Source: Eledone cirrhosa
Taxonomy: Eukaryota
Direction: 5' to 3'
DNA length: 64,000 bases
Assembly (NCBI GenBank): GCA_964016885.1
Contig: OZ024747.1
Coordinates: 5,332,001 to 5,396,000 of the forward strand
The position numbers and the translations under genes were made by a program. Every line of letters starts with the position of its first letter. The first letter of the stretch is position 1. Below are positions 61,238 through 64,000 of this stretch, one piece after another. The notes below the pieces were generated by a model. The model saw only the letters and a list, made by a program, of their open reading frames with translations, searched no databases and was not told the DNA's origin.

Positions 61238-61405
61238 ATGGAAAAATTTGAACAGGAACAAAACAGAGAGGCAGTACAACGAATGTTTATTAATTTCACG
61301 CTCTGGAGAGTGGGGTGGTGGTGGGGAACGACGTTTCAGGCATAAGCCCTTCCTCAGGTGAGAAGTGTGTGGGAACAGAGTTCAAAGGGTGTGTAGGGGA
61401 GTGGT
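61238..61405 (-). mobile_element. Family F pLTR-like element with minimal hammerhead core
   Basis: CTGAGGA-A-GGGC-TTAT-GCCT-GAAA-CGTC (61330-61357), then AATAAA and a tail into (TA)n. Stem I is only ~2 bp. Confidence 0.6.
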
Positions 61406-61428
61406 ATATATATTTATTTATTAAAATA

Positions 61429-61504
61429 ACAGATTAAAGTTTAAGCAAAGAATCGCTGCTTTCACCCTTAACGGGATCTTCTGAAACTAACAAAGTCAAT
61501 CTGT
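61429..61504 (-). ncRNA. Variant type I hammerhead (core CAGAAGA) in the 3' pLTR of the RT element
   Basis: Distal stem I ACAGATTGA/TTAATCTGT, proximal stem I AGTTT/AAACT, stem II CCC/GGG, GAAA and stem III AGCAG/TTGCT. Confidence 0.65.
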
Positions 61505-61757
61505 GAAAGCAGAAGTGAATATTTCAAAAAACGTTGCAACCGGGGGAAAACAGGAAGACGATACTTTGGTTCGTGGAAACGTTCCCTGGCAAAGAACGGG
61601 AAAAAACGAATATGATACGTCATTATTTGGAGCGGTGAAAAACAATTACACGCAAAGACAAACCACGTTTATGGTATAAAAGAAGTCGTAGACTAATATT
61701 CTATTAGGTGGTTCATAGAGACGTTCTCTGGCAATGAACGGAAAATAAGATAATACG

Positions 61758-62695
61758 TCATATGTGGAGCATATCAACAAATCCACTCCGAGCAAGAGCT
61801 TCATTGTAATATGTGGAATGGTCGTTGAAAATATGCTCGTTAGACGGGAAAGCCTCAAAGAAACGTTTCTTACCAGGTTCTTGGTTATGCTGGCAGGATG
61901 GTTAGAATGCTTACTTATGTAATTAAGCGTATCATTCGGCTTTCTATACGGGTAATACAAGCCATTCGATAAATTGAGGGTAACGTCGAGGTAATTAACG
62001 ACTGAGAGGTTGGCCTCAACCTGTATAGAGAGGTTGAAGCCTTTAAAGAAGGCTGTGAGTTCTTTTCTGAACCTGTCGCAAGCACGTGGGCCGCACTTAG
62101 TCATGGTCAAAAGACCATCATCACGGTACAAACCACTGCCCACGTTGGGGAATTCGTCCTTGATAGAGAAAAGAAGGAAAAGGCCGATAAAATCAGTAAC
62201 CTCCGCAGAATCGCTGGCGCCCATACTCACGTCGAATGGGGTACTATTAGATTTGTTAATCCAAATAGAGTCGTCGAAATTAATCACCGACTTACGGGCA
62301 TTGAGGATGACATCAACTTCGAAATCCTTAACCACTGTGAGTGTTTTAGCGAAATTGATAGCTCTAAGGAGAAGTGGTAAAGTGATAGAGGAGTAGTAAT
62401 TATTGATGTCGAATTGGATAAAAGGGCAATGTTCCTTGTTGCATATGCCGTTGAACCAATCAATCACCGCGAAAGAATTGCTCCACGGTGCAAAAGGGGC
62501 CAAACTTCTAATTTCAGGTATAATTCTATCAAGAATCCTTTTACTAGGTCTACCTAAATCGGACTTCCTAGGGTTAATAAGCCGAATAGAGGGGTTCTTC
62601 GGAAAATTGGATTTGTGATCCTTCAGGGTAAAGTGGGGAGAAATAGGGTCCAGAGGTCCGGTCCGGTCCACGATGTTGAGATCAGGGGTGATTTT
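61758..62695 (-). pseudogene. Penelope-like (Naiad-type) reverse transcriptase, 5'-truncated and frameshifted near 61843
   Basis: Motifs TLKDHK..RLINP.KSDLG, QFDINNYYSSI, MGASDSAEV, LYRDDGL, NYLDVTLNL, YRKPN and SNHP. The shifted frame continues YYNEALARSGF. Confidence 0.92.
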
Positions 62696-62834
62696 AAAGC
62701 AGCGATTCTTTGCTTAAACTTTAATCTGTTATTTATTTGAATAAATATTTGCTCTACGGTTCTTGTATATTTGATATATATTTATCCTTATCGAGCTCTC
62801 TTTGGATTTTAGTCTTCACATTTATTATTATTAC
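62696..62834 (+). mobile_element. Inverted partial pLTR plus tail of the RT element (family A)
   Basis: AAAGCAGCGATTCTTTGCTTAAACTTTAATCTGTTATTT is the inverse of 61424-61462. The tail matches 55855-55950. Confidence 0.9.
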
Positions 62835-62890
62835 TATATATATATATTAATTCAAAATATTAACAAAATAGATATTCTTGTGATGAAGTA

Positions 62891-62951
62891 TATTTTATTA
62901 TACATATTTCAGAGGTACTGAGTTAACAATACGTCCTCATCAGATAAAATA
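62891..62951 (-). ncRNA. Type I hammerhead ribozyme (family E, second variant)
   Basis: TATTTTAT-CTGATGA-GGA..GTATTG/CAGTAC..TCT-GAAA-TATGTATA-ATAAAATA. Confidence 0.88.
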
Positions 62952-63167
62952 AGATGATGCATGACATACCCTGACATAGTAGATGGTTAAGATTCAGTCA
63001 TGGTAGTTACTGTTAGTGCTTCCAATCGATTGTAAAACTCACTCTTTGATTTATTCATTGAACCATGTTTAACCTTTATATATATATATATATATAAACC
63101 ATATATATATATATATATATAAACCATATATATATATATAAACCATATATATATATATATATATAAA

Positions 63168-63202
<35 letters not shown>

Positions 63203-63223
63203 ATATATATATATATATAAACC

Positions 63224-63362
<139 letters not shown>

Positions 63363-63686
63363 TGTGTGTGTGATTCAGTGAGGTAGTGGTGGTGGTGGTG
63401 GTACCAAAATGAGAAAACTCGATACACAGAATAAGGATGAAGTTTCGTTTACATGTAATTTTTATTGTGTATCGATCTATTTCAAACTCAATTATAATCC
63501 ACTTCGACAATAGTCATTGTTTGAACCTCTAACTGGTCATTACACATGTTAGAAATAGCAACAATATTTCCCGTAAATCACACCCTAACCTCTTTAAAAG
63601 AAGGACACAACGGATAATGTGACACGATATTCATTTTATTTGAAAGAGAAGCACGATGATCTCTTCTAGAATGATTTTATATAATA

Positions 63687-64000
63687 ACTTTCTCCAGCCT
63701 CAACCTGGTGCAGTCTGCGACTAACCCAGGTTCTGCTGCATGTCGGGCTGAGGAGGCCAAACTCTTCAAATACTGGTCGCTCTCCGACAGGTTTGCGGTT
63801 GTACCCTTGGCAGTGGAGACTTCTGGTGTCCTCGGCCCTAGGGCTACCTCCCTACTTACCACCATAGGCGCTGAGATGGCCAGCCGCAGGTGTGAGCCCC
63901 GCAAGTTGGAATGGCTTTTCCAGCGCGTCTCCCTTGCCGTCCTCTGGGGAAACCCCTTCTCTATTCTGTCCGCGGGGCTGTGGGGAGGCCACCAATATCA
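63687..64000 (+). pseudogene. CRE-clade non-LTR retrotransposon C-terminal restriction-like endonuclease fragment
   Basis: Stop-free frame AEEAKLFKY..FAVVPLAVETSGVLG..LFQRVSLAVLWGN matches the CRE-type K..KY / P.AVET.G..G / QR.S.A..RGN pattern. Not in the ORF track. Confidence 0.8.

Noticed and set aside
62010-62618. Two + strand ORFs opposite the RT
   Set aside because: Antisense shadows of the RT frame with no recognisable motifs.

Overview
Eukaryotic, AT-rich, essentially gene-poor DNA dominated by micro- and minisatellites and transposon relics. The SINE and microsatellite make-up is what I would expect of an octopus-type cephalopod (inference, not verified). Almost all ORFs in the supplied track are artefacts of simple repeats. 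Real coding relics are: a Penelope-like (Naiad-type) reverse transcriptase at ~61.8-62.7 kb (-), RTE fragments, a CR1/L2-type RT fragment and a CRE-type restriction-like endonuclease fragment. The main hidden structure is a set of at least six sequence-distinct short elements sitting in (TA)n tracts that look like Penelope pseudo-LTR ends. Three carry canonical type I hammerhead ribozymes (8849-8906 +, 58152-58217 -, 62891-62951 -). The RT-linked family carries a hammerhead fold with a recurring non-canonical core (CAGAAGA). Several families form fold-back palindromes, most of which turn around inside the ribozyme. Also present: a young ~610 bp bipartite non-autonomous RTE family in TATG repeats, many tRNA-derived SINEs, small MITEs, a pre-miRNA-like hairpin (54087-54175) and a possible promoter plus 51-nt exon near 23.2-23.6 kb. 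All structures were folded by eye and repeat boundaries are approximate.
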